From an uncultured Verrucomicrobiae bacterium (GTDB lineage: Bacteria; Verrucomicrobiota; Verrucomicrobiia; Limisphaerales; Palsa-1400): 64,000 nucleotides of DNA. Where the stretch lies: contig CAVPOM010000004.1 in assembly GCA_963707025.1 (NCBI GenBank), forward strand, positions 843,735 through 907,734, in the 5' to 3' direction. The first letter of the stretch is position 1, and the number at the start of each line of letters is the position of its first letter. Below the pieces are notes generated by a model. It was not told the DNA's origin. It ran no database searches and was given only the letters and a program-made list of their open reading frames with translations. Position numbers and translations under genes: made by a program. This document shows, piece by piece, positions 1 through 7,992 of this stretch.

Positions 1-1563
1 GCGCGGGAAAATCATGTACTGCATTTGCCGCGCCGTCGGAATGTATTCGGTCCACAGATTTCCCTGCAGGCCCAGAATGTGGCTCTGAAACGGCGCGGGC
101 AATCTCGCCGGGACCGGCTCAAAGGAATAAACCTTGCGCAACGGCAGAAAGCCGCCGATGGCGGGCGGTTCGGCGGATGGGTTGGTGGATTGGCAATAAT
201 CAAAATAGCAGTAGCCGGTGGGCGACATCACCACGTCGTGGCCCTCGCGCGCCCCTTCCTCCGCCCCGCCGATCCAGTCCATCAACGCGGCATTTTTGGC
301 CAGGCCGCCCTCGCGAATTTCGCTCCAGCCAATGAGCGTGCGTCCGTGGGCGCTGACGAATTGCTCGATGCGGCGGATAAAATAGCCTTGCAGCTCGTTC
401 TCGTCCTTCAATCCCTCCGCCTTGATCCGCGCCTGGCACTTGGCGCATTTTTTCCAATCCTCCTTCGGCACTTCATCCCCGCCGATGTGAATATACTTGC
501 CGGGGAACAAGGCGAAGATTTCCGTCAGCACGTCCTGGAGAAAGGCGAAGGTTTCGTCGTTGCCCGCGCAATAGACGCCATGAAACACGCCGCCTTGCAG
601 TTCGATCTGCGCCGGCCCGCCGGTGCAACTGAACTGCGGATAGGCCGTCAGCGCGGCGGTGGCATGCCCCGGCATTTCAATTTCCGGCACGATGGTGATA
701 TGGCGCGCCTGCGCGTAAGCCACCACCTCGCGAATATCCTCCTGCGTGTAAAATCCGCCATAGCGCCCGTCCGGACCATAATTGGCCGTGACGGCGGCGT
801 TCATCCCGAAGCCCACCCCGTCGCGCCAGGCGCCCGTCTGGGTGAGCCTGGGGTATTTTTTAATTTCAATCCGCCAGCCCTGATCGTCCGTCAAATGCCA
901 GTGGAAAGTGTTGATCTTGTGCAGCGCCAGCAAGTCCAGCAGGCCCTCAACTTCGGTCTTGGTGAAAAAGTGCCGGCTGACATCCAGCATCAACCCGCGC
1001 CATGGGAAACGCGGCTGGTCCTGGATTTCGACGCAGGGCGCCTGCCAGGCCGTGTTCGTCACCGGCGCCGGCGCGAAAATTTCCGGCGGGAGCAGTTCCA
1101 GCCACGATTGCATGCCGTAGAAAACGCCGGCCGCTGCCGGCGCGCGGATCACCACCGAGCGGGGCGCGACCGTCAGGGCGTATCCCTCCGGCCCCAGGGC
1201 GGCGGCGGCGCCTTGCGTTGTCAATAGTATTTCACCATCGGCCGCCTTCCCCTTCCTGCTGGCGGCGACCGGGACCGGATAACCCGTCGCCCTGCGCAAC
1301 CGCTCCGCCAGCCACTGCGCGGTTGGGAGGGAGGCCGGATCGGCCGCGATTCTTGTGGCCGGGAGCAGATGGAACACCCCGGCGCGGCGCTCCAACTTCT
1401 GCGGCGCTGGAATAATGGCGATGCCCGCGTCCGTCCCCGCGCCGGCAGGCGCCGCGGGGGAGGTGGCGGGGGCGGGAACAGGGCGGGCCGGGTTGCTGCG
1501 GCAGGAAACCGCCAGCCCAAGGGCCAGGGAACAAAGAAGGAGGGTCGGAATAACGTATTTCAT
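1..1563 (-). CDS. Beta-N-acetylhexosaminidase (GH20), probable lipoprotein; 3' end runs off the window
   Basis: Translated by hand from ATG 1563; absent from the ORF track because there is no stop in the window. Signal MKYVIPTLLLCSLALGLAVSC, then GH20 motifs RFPWRGLMLDVSRHF, FHWHLTDDQGWRIE, PEIEMPGH, IHIGGDE, GNLWTEY and YMIFPR. Confidence 0.93.
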   Translation of the reverse strand, partial: MKYVIPTLLLCSLALGLAVSCRSNPARPVPAPATSPAAPAGAGTDAGIAIIPAPQKLERRAGVFHLLPATRIAADPASLPTAQWLAERLRRATGYPVPVAASRKGKAADGEILLTTQGAAAALGPEGYALTVAPRSVVIRAPAAAGVFYGMQSWLELLPPEIFAPAPVTNTAWQAPCVEIQDQPRFPWRGLMLDVSRHFFTKTEVEGLLDLLALHKINTFHWHLTDDQGWRIEIKKYPRLTQTGAWRDGVGFGMNAAVTANYGPDGRYGGFYTQEDIREVVAYAQARHITIVPEIEMPGHATAALTAYPQFSCTGGPAQIELQGGVFHGVYCAGNDETFAFLQDVLTEIFALFPGKYIHIGGDEVPKEDWKKCAKCQARIKAEGLKDENELQGYFIRRIEQFVSAHGRTLIGWSEIREGGLAKNAALMDWIGGAEEGAREGHDVVMSPTGYCYFDYCQSTNPSAEPPAIGGFLPLRKVYSFEPVPARLPAPFQSHILGLQGNLWTEYIPTARQMQYMIFPR

Positions 1564-1631
1564 GCGGGGTTGCGTAGCTTGGTTCCAGCGGTGGCTAGAG
1601 CGGATTAAAAAATGATGCAGCCAAAACGAAG

Positions 1632-1675
1632 CTCCTCCCCCTCCTCCTCAGGAGGAGAGGGCAGGGGAGAGGAGG
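1632..1675. repeat. REP-like palindromic element (CTCCTCC...GGAGGAG-AGGGCAGGGGAGAGG)
   Basis: Intergenic hairpin; a related copy lies at about 45579-45616. Confidence 0.55.
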
Positions 1676-1720
1676 CCGTGCGGTCGGCTTCCGTGCGGCT
1701 GCAGTTTTCATGAAATTGCT

Positions 1721-2827
1721 CTAATTATTCTTGACAAAAAGTTTGCCCGGCAGTTGCCGGATCAACCGCTTCATCTCCAGTCCCAGCAGCGCCACCGAAA
1801 CGGAGGACGAGGGCATGCCGCTCCGGCGGATGATGTCATCAATCGCGCTCTCCTCCTTCTCCACCAAATCATAGACCGTTTGTTCGCTTTCGCTCAGGGT
1901 CATGGCCGGCAGGCCGGCGGCATCGTGCAGCAGGGAAGGGCGGTTGCTGGCGGGGAACATATATTCAAATTCGCTGAGAATGTCCTCCACCCCTTCGCAC
2001 AGTTTGGCCCCTTTCTTGATCAGGTCGTGACAGCCTTTGCTGCGCGGAGAATCCACCCGGCCGGGCACGGCAAAAACCTGGCGGCCATAATCCACCGCCA
2101 TGCCCGCGGTGATGAGCGCGCCGCTGGTCATGTTCGCCTCCACCACCACCGTGCCAAAAGTCATTCCCGCCACGATGCGGTTGCGAATGGGAAAACTCAG
2201 TTTGTCGGGCTTGCGGTTGAAGGGAAACTGCGTGATCAGCGCCCCTTGGGCCGCGATGCGCCCGAACAGTTCTCCGTTTTCCGCCGGGAACACCAAATTG
2301 ATCCCCGTGCCCAGCACCGCGATGGTGCGTCCCTTCGCGCTCAAAGCCCCTTGGTGGGCGGCCGTGTCAATCCCGCGCGCCCCGCCGCTAACGACGGTCA
2401 CGCCGGTGTAAGCCAGTTGGTAGGCGATTTTGCGCGCGACTTCCAGGCCGTAATGCGTCGTCATGCGCGATCCGACCATGGCCACCGCGTTCTTGTCCCG
2501 CGCCGTCAGGCCGCCCAGGACATACAGGAGCACGGGCGGATCGTAAATCTGCTTGAGCAGCGGCGGATAATTCTCGTCGGACTGGAGGAGGATGTGGCAG
2601 CCGGATTGCTCAATGCGTTTGAGTTCGCCGCTCAGATCCACAGTTTTCTCCCAACTCGCGATGCCCTCGGAAAGTTCCGGGCCGATGCCGTGGACCTGCT
2701 GGAGTTCGGAGCGGCTGGCGCGGAGAATGGCGGCGGAATCGCCGAAGCGTTCGAGCAACTGGCGCACGCGCACCGGACCGAGGTCTTTAATCATGTTCAA
2801 AGCGACGAACGCTTCCCGGCAATCCAT
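1721..2827 (-). CDS. dprA: DNA-processing protein DprA
   Basis: YPPLLKQIYDPP, VAMVGSR, VVSGGARGIDTAAH, FPIRNRIVAG, SGALITA, VFAVPG and a C-terminal winged helix. Start moved to ATG 2827. Confidence 0.96.
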   Translation of the reverse strand: MDCREAFVALNMIKDLGPVRVRQLLERFGDSAAILRASRSELQQVHGIGPELSEGIASWEKTVDLSGELKRIEQSGCHILLQSDENYPPLLKQIYDPPVLLYVLGGLTARDKNAVAMVGSRMTTHYGLEVARKIAYQLAYTGVTVVSGGARGIDTAAHQGALSAKGRTIAVLGTGINLVFPAENGELFGRIAAQGALITQFPFNRKPDKLSFPIRNRIVAGMTFGTVVVEANMTSGALITAGMAVDYGRQVFAVPGRVDSPRSKGCHDLIKKGAKLCEGVEDILSEFEYMFPASNRPSLLHDAAGLPAMTLSESEQTVYDLVEKEESAIDDIIRRSGMPSSSVSVALLGLEMKRLIRQLPGKLFVKNN

Positions 2828-3046
2828 GCGCCTGAGCAAACACCGTTTGCCCCCGCGGGGCAAGCTTTAGATGGGCTCAATCTACCACAAACCAGGACAC
2901 TGCCGGACCACGAGGAGCCTTGACTTTTCCGCCGGCCCGCGCAAGGTTGCATGGCATGAGTTCTCCATCTGAGCCAAGGCGAAGCGCCAGCAGGGGCGGC
3001 TGTTTTTGCGGGTGTCGCTCGCTCGCTCCCAGCCACCCTGACCGGC

Positions 3047-3685
3047 ATGAATGACCTGAGGTTCGGGAGCTTGGGGGAAACTTGGATTAATCTGGTCCAG
3101 AGGACCGTCCAGAGCGGGATTTGCGTGGACGGCGAGAGCCTTGAGTTGCTGGAGGTGCAGGTGGCTTTTCCCGCCGGGGCGGAGGGCGATGAGGCGATCC
3201 GGCAGTTTGGCGACCGCGGGATGATTGCCGAGATGGAGAAGGTTTTTTTCGCGCTCGGGGCCAATGCCGAGGGGCACTGTTATGCCAACCTGATGCGAGG
3301 CCCGGACGGCCGGCACGATCTCCAAGACGTCATGGCGCTCCTGCGCGCCGAACCCGCCAGCAAACGGGCGGTGGTAACTTTGTGTGATCCCGGCGGCGGC
3401 AAGGTGCCGTGCATCAATGTCGTGCAATTCCTGGTTCGCGCCGGCGCGCTGCGGACCATTTACTTCGCGCGCGGCCAGGATGCCTTCAAAAAATTTTATG
3501 CCGACGCGCTTTGCCTGGCAAAGATGGCGCGCAGGGTAGGGGAGGGGTTGGGCCTGGCGGAGGGCGCCGTGTCGGGATTCATCGCCTCCAGCCATGTCTA
3601 TCAGAAAGATCTGCCGGCCATCGCCGATTTCCTGGCGCGCGGCCGGCGGTTCCTGCGCAACGGCGAACCGGAAGGAGCCCGCTGA
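3047..3685 (+). CDS. Thymidylate synthase-superfamily paralogue (possible CMP/dCMP 5-hydroxymethylase-like)
   Basis: PASKRAV (SRR-like), catalytic VPC, QFLVR, RGQD in place of RSxD, Asp at the Asn177-equivalent, and the HVY motif. Short (212 aa), archaeal-type length. Confidence 0.85.
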   Translation: MNDLRFGSLGETWINLVQRTVQSGICVDGESLELLEVQVAFPAGAEGDEAIRQFGDRGMIAEMEKVFFALGANAEGHCYANLMRGPDGRHDLQDVMALLRAEPASKRAVVTLCDPGGGKVPCINVVQFLVRAGALRTIYFARGQDAFKKFYADALCLAKMARRVGEGLGLAEGAVSGFIASSHVYQKDLPAIADFLARGRRFLRNGEPEGAR

Positions 3686-5067
3686 TGCGCGTTTTGTTTG
3701 TCGCTCCACGGTCCTGCAATCCCAAGCAGATGTACCGCGAATACCCGTTGGGCGTCGGTTACCTCGGCACGCTCCTGCGGCAGCACGGGCATGAGGTGCG
3801 TGTCTTCGACCAAAACGCCGAGGGCCTGGAGGACGAAGGCCTGTGGCAACTCGTCGCCGAGTTTCAGCCCGACCTCGCCGGCTTCTCGGTCATCACGCCC
3901 AATTACCCCGTGGCCCGCCAACAGATTCGCCGGCTGAAGCGGCTGCACCCGGAGGTGCGGATCCTGGCCGGGGGCATCCACGCGACGCTGTTTCCCGATG
4001 ACCTCATGGCCGACGGGGCCGATGTCGTGGTGCTGGGCGAAGGCGAGCCGGTCATTGTCCAGTTGGTGGCCGGCTTGGCCGAAGGACGCAATTTGAGCAA
4101 CCTGCCGGGACTGCTGTTCCGCGACCGCACGGGCGAGGTCATACGGACGGCAGGACGGCGCCAGAACGCTTCAATTGATGATCTGCCGTGGGTGGACCGG
4201 AGCCTTTACAATCTTTCCAAGTACACCCATCACTCCATGCTCGCCTCACGCGGATGCCCCCACCATTGCGCCTTCTGCTGCAATTATACCGGCACGATCC
4301 GCCGCGACGGCGCGGCCGTGCGGCGGCGCGAAAATGTCCTGGCAGAAATGGAGCACTTGCGCGACACCCATGGCGCCGGCGAGATTTTTTTTGCCGACGA
4401 CATTTTCCTGCTGCGCAAACAGGACATCCTGGAATTTTGCGCCGCTTGCGCCGCCCGCCGGGTCGGCGTCAATTGGATTGGGCAAATGCGGGCGGACCGG
4501 GTGGACTCCCGGGTGGCGCAAGCGCTGCGGGCGGCCCAGTGTCAGCGAATCTATTTCGGGGTCGAATCTGGTTCCGACCGCATCCTGCGCCAGGCCGGGA
4601 AGGGGATGACCACGGCGCAAATCCGGCGCGGCATCAGGGCGGCGCTGGACGCCGGGCTGCGAGTCAAGACCGGTTGGATTTATGGTTTGCCCGGCTCGCT
4701 GGCAGAGCAGTACCAGTCCATTCCTTTCATGCTGGAGCTGCGGCCCCAGGAGATTTCCATCCACCAGCTCATTCCTTTTCCAGGGACGATCTATTACACC
4801 GACCCATCCCGCTTCGGCATTCGCATCGCGCAGCCCAAGGCCTTCGCGGACTTTTGTTATGGCGGACTGGAGGGCGGCATCCGTTTCGATTATCTGAGCC
4901 ACCGGCAATTGCGGCAATTGCTCCAAGACACGGCCGCCGCGCTGGAGGCGGCCGGTTATGTCAGCAGCGACCAGGCGGGCCCGGGCGCCGAATACATTTA
5001 TACCACGCCGCTCTCGCGCCACTCCATGAACGTCTTCCGGCCCTCCGCGCCCGTACTCGCCGCATGA
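3685..5067 (+). CDS. B12-binding radical SAM enzyme
   Basis: N-terminal cobalamin-binding domain (YPLGVGYL, GGIHAT, VVLGEGE), SRGCPHHCAFC (CxxxCxxC), FADDIF and GVESGS. TGATG overlap with the upstream gene. Confidence 0.93.
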   Translation: MRVLFVAPRSCNPKQMYREYPLGVGYLGTLLRQHGHEVRVFDQNAEGLEDEGLWQLVAEFQPDLAGFSVITPNYPVARQQIRRLKRLHPEVRILAGGIHATLFPDDLMADGADVVVLGEGEPVIVQLVAGLAEGRNLSNLPGLLFRDRTGEVIRTAGRRQNASIDDLPWVDRSLYNLSKYTHHSMLASRGCPHHCAFCCNYTGTIRRDGAAVRRRENVLAEMEHLRDTHGAGEIFFADDIFLLRKQDILEFCAACAARRVGVNWIGQMRADRVDSRVAQALRAAQCQRIYFGVESGSDRILRQAGKGMTTAQIRRGIRAALDAGLRVKTGWIYGLPGSLAEQYQSIPFMLELRPQEISIHQLIPFPGTIYYTDPSRFGIRIAQPKAFADFCYGGLEGGIRFDYLSHRQLRQLLQDTAAALEAAGYVSSDQAGPGAEYIYTTPLSRHSMNVFRPSAPVLAA

Positions 5068-5801
5068 AGCTTGCCCGCGACAAGGAGCGTCATCGCCTGG
5101 CCCTGGAGCGGCTGCGCCTGCCCCGGTTCGCAGGCCGGGATGCCTCCCGCCCGTTTGTGGTTGCTCTCGAAGGGGCCAATGGCGTCGGCAAAACGACCCT
5201 GTGCCGATTGCTCGCGCGCCGCCTGGCCGCGCCCGCCTGCCTGGGCACGGCTGAGGCCTGGTTCTCAAGACCTTTCAAAACCCGCATGATCCGCGACGCC
5301 GCCTGGTTTGCCTCGGCCATGTTCTTTCTCAGCGGCTGCTTCGAGCAGATGCGCGTCCTGCGGGGCCGTCCCAACCCGCTGGTCATTATGGACCGATCGC
5401 TTTGGTCCACCCTGGCCGTTCACGGCGCGGAGAGTCCCGGGAGGCTGGCGGCGCTGCTCGCCATGCTGCGGCCCGTGGCCGCCCAGATTCACGTGCCCGA
5501 CCTCACCCTGGTGCTCGAAGCGGGTTTTGAGACGTGCCAGTCGCGTATTGCCCGCAAGAGCCGCACAGCCCGCCTTTTGGATGATTTGACGGCCACGCCG
5601 GCTTTTCACGCGCGGGAACAGGAGTTTTATCGCTGGCTGGCCCGTCAACATTCCGAGGTGCTGTTTCTGGACGCAAATCAAGCCGGGCCGGAGAAAGTGG
5701 CGGAGCGGGCGTCGGCCTTGGTTCGGGAAAGAGCCGCAGCGCAGGGCCTGGCTCTGCCTCACGGCGGCAAGGGCGCAAAGCGCGCCGGCGCTGCTTGCTG
5801 A
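5064..5801 (+). CDS. Thymidylate/deoxynucleoside kinase-like P-loop nucleotide kinase
   Basis: VALEGANGVGKTT Walker A, IMDRS motif and PDLTLVL. ATGA overlap with the radical SAM gene. Confidence 0.88.
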   Translation: MKLARDKERHRLALERLRLPRFAGRDASRPFVVALEGANGVGKTTLCRLLARRLAAPACLGTAEAWFSRPFKTRMIRDAAWFASAMFFLSGCFEQMRVLRGRPNPLVIMDRSLWSTLAVHGAESPGRLAALLAMLRPVAAQIHVPDLTLVLEAGFETCQSRIARKSRTARLLDDLTATPAFHAREQEFYRWLARQHSEVLFLDANQAGPEKVAERASALVRERAAAQGLALPHGGKGAKRAGAAC

Positions 5802-5809
5802 AAGCAAAG

Positions 5810-7168
5810 ATGCTCACACTGGTTACCTCCAATCCCGCCAAGTACGCCCCATTCACCCGGGACCTGGAGCGCTTGCGCCTCACGCTAGAGCCGCCCTCCC
5901 AGTCCCTTCCCGAACTGCAGAGCCTCACTTTCGCCGAAGCCCTGGCCGCAAAGGCGCGTGCCGCCGCCGCCCTGTTTGGCCGGCCCGTGCTCGTAGATGA
6001 CACCGGTTTGGTGTTGGAGGCCTACGCGCCGTTCCCGGGGCCGTTGACCGGGGCCGTCCTCCGCAGCCTCGGCGCCACGGGACTCCGGCGGCTTCTTGCC
6101 GGCACTTCCCACCGGGCGGTGATGGAATGCCACCTCGGTTGTTGGCTCAAGGGCGCTTTGCGGCAGTGGACCGGCGCTGTTTCGGGCCGAATTGACCTTT
6201 CCCGTCCGCAACGCGACCCACGGATGCTCCTTTCCGATCTGTTCATCCCCGATCCATCCGAGGCTGGACCGGCCCCTCGCCGGCGCGCCCAGCCAGGCCA
6301 GGCGGCAAAGCCCGCGCGCGGCCGGCGCCGGGGAGCGGCGGCTGCATTGCTGCAAGACGGCGCGCTGCGGACCGAAGCGCCCGGCCTCCAGGGCGCCGCG
6401 ACCGGACATTCTCCGCTGCCCCACCGCGCGCTCGCCCTCGCCGCCCTGGAAAAAGATATATTCGAACTGCACCTCGAAACCGCTCCTCCGGAAACGGGCG
6501 GTGCGACGGCCTGCGCCGCGCCGACCAGCTATGATTGCCCGTTTTGCGCCGAGTTTGAGGACGACGGCCTGAGCCTGTTCGCCGGCATGATGGGGGATCG
6601 TCTTCCCAGCCGGGTGGTGTATGAAGACGAACATTTCGTGGTCATGCCCCCGTTGGGGGAGTTCATGGAAGGGGGCCTGCTGTTGCTGAGCCGGGAACAT
6701 CTCCCTTCCTTGGCGCACCTCGCGGCCGCGCAGTTCGACCGACTCGAACGCTTGTTGCAGGCGATCCAGCGGGCTTTGGCCAAACGCTGGGGCGCCGCAA
6801 CAGTGGTTTTCGAACACGGCCCCGCTGCCGACTGGAGCAAAGGCGCCTGCTGTGTTGACCACGCGCATCTGAACATCTTCCCGGCCCCGGTTTATGTCCG
6901 CCCGCACCTGGCTGGCCGGATGAGTCTGTCCCTTGGGTCGCTGGCCGGGCTGGCCAAACTCCGGCGCGCCGAATTCGGCTATCTCTTCGTCCAGGAAAAC
7001 GACGGCACGCGCCGCGCCTACGACGGCCGGGATGTCCCCACCCAGTTGGTGCGCCGCATCATCACCGCCCAACTCGGCCTGCCCGAACGGTGGCACTGGC
7101 GCGATTACCCGGGCCGCGACGAATTGCTCGCCACCTACCACGCGCTGAAGGAACAGATCCGGTTATGA
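5810..7168 (+). CDS. Fusion of a Ham1/ITPase-family NTP pyrophosphatase and a HIT-like nucleotide hydrolase/transferase
   Basis: N-terminal TSNPAK, LPELQ, VDDTGL, FPGP, GRI and PHR (SHR-like). C-terminal CPFC, VYEDEHF, FEHG and DHAHLN. Confidence 0.85.
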   Translation: MLTLVTSNPAKYAPFTRDLERLRLTLEPPSQSLPELQSLTFAEALAAKARAAAALFGRPVLVDDTGLVLEAYAPFPGPLTGAVLRSLGATGLRRLLAGTSHRAVMECHLGCWLKGALRQWTGAVSGRIDLSRPQRDPRMLLSDLFIPDPSEAGPAPRRRAQPGQAAKPARGRRRGAAAALLQDGALRTEAPGLQGAATGHSPLPHRALALAALEKDIFELHLETAPPETGGATACAAPTSYDCPFCAEFEDDGLSLFAGMMGDRLPSRVVYEDEHFVVMPPLGEFMEGGLLLLSREHLPSLAHLAAAQFDRLERLLQAIQRALAKRWGAATVVFEHGPAADWSKGACCVDHAHLNIFPAPVYVRPHLAGRMSLSLGSLAGLAKLRRAEFGYLFVQENDGTRRAYDGRDVPTQLVRRIITAQLGLPERWHWRDYPGRDELLATYHALKEQIRL

Positions 7169-7842
7169 GCGCCGGCCAGTCAAGCATTGGCCGCATCCGG
7201 CCAATTTATGCGCGCCGCCGTCTCAAGGCCATCGCCGCCCGCTGGGATGCCCGGGCTGGCGCCTGGGAGCGCGCCCTGGCCGACCCAGCCTGTCCCCTGA
7301 ACGAGGACGGCGCCTACGGCCGGTTCACCCGGGTCGTCCAACGCCTCATCGCGCGGCGGCGGCGATTCTGTGCCAGCCACGGCGTCATAGACGCCGGTTG
7401 CGGGACCGGATTGGTTTTGGCCGAAGTGTTTTCCGCCTTTGCCTGGGGCATCGGCCTGGACATCAGCCCGCGGATGATTCGCCTCGCGCGCGCCAAGCGC
7501 CTGGCCCATACCCGTTTCGTCGTGGGCGACTGCTTCAATCTCCCGTTGCTTTGTCCCAGGGCCGGCGCGGTCCTCTCGCGCGGCGTGCTCCTCTCGCATT
7601 ATGGCCGCGAGCAGGGTCAGGCCCTCCTCAACGCCGCCCGGGCCGCCTTGGTGCCGGGCGGCTTTTTGGCTTTCGATTTCTTGAATGCAGCCGCGCGCGG
7701 CCAACATCGCCACGCCCCGGCAAACAAAACCTGGTTCACCGGCCGGGAAGTCCAGGAGATGGCTCGCCGCGCCGGTTTCTCCACCGTCAGGACCTTGGGC
7801 AAATCAAACCGCCGCGCTCTCGTGTTGCTGGCCGAAACCTGA
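7165..7842 (+). CDS. Class I SAM-dependent methyltransferase
   Basis: VIDAGCGTG, GLDISPRMI, VVGD and LVPGG motifs. ATGA overlap with the upstream gene. Confidence 0.9.
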   Translation: MSAGQSSIGRIRPIYARRRLKAIAARWDARAGAWERALADPACPLNEDGAYGRFTRVVQRLIARRRRFCASHGVIDAGCGTGLVLAEVFSAFAWGIGLDISPRMIRLARAKRLAHTRFVVGDCFNLPLLCPRAGAVLSRGVLLSHYGREQGQALLNAARAALVPGGFLAFDFLNAAARGQHRHAPANKTWFTGREVQEMARRAGFSTVRTLGKSNRRALVLLAET

Positions 7843-7925
7843 TCAACACCGGGCGGGATCCTCCCGACCGCAAGTTGGGCTGCTGGCGGGAGTCCCTGCC
7901 TCAGTGAAAAGTTTTCCTAATGCAC

Positions 7926-7954
7926 TTGACCATTTGTTACATAAATGTTACACT
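7926..7954 (+). promoter_or_regulatory. Sigma70-type promoter with an overlapping TGTTACA-N4-TGTTACA direct repeat
   Basis: TTGACC (7926-7931), 17 nt, TACACT (7949-7954). TGTTACA at 7935-7941 and 7946-7952. Confidence 0.65.
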
Positions 7955-7992
7955 TGTCCGATGATAAGGATGGAATCAGGACTGCGATCTGT

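Noticed and set aside
25..1227. 400-aa plus-strand ORF
   Set aside because: Antisense shadow of the GH20 gene; no recognisable motifs.
2847..2863. Palindrome TTGCCCC-CGC-GGGGCAA over the dprA -35 region
   Set aside because: Single GC-rich instance that could arise by chance; no second copy seen.
3047..3685. Calling the TS paralogue thyA
   Set aside because: It lacks the RS and Asn177 residues, and a canonical thyA is present at 56609.
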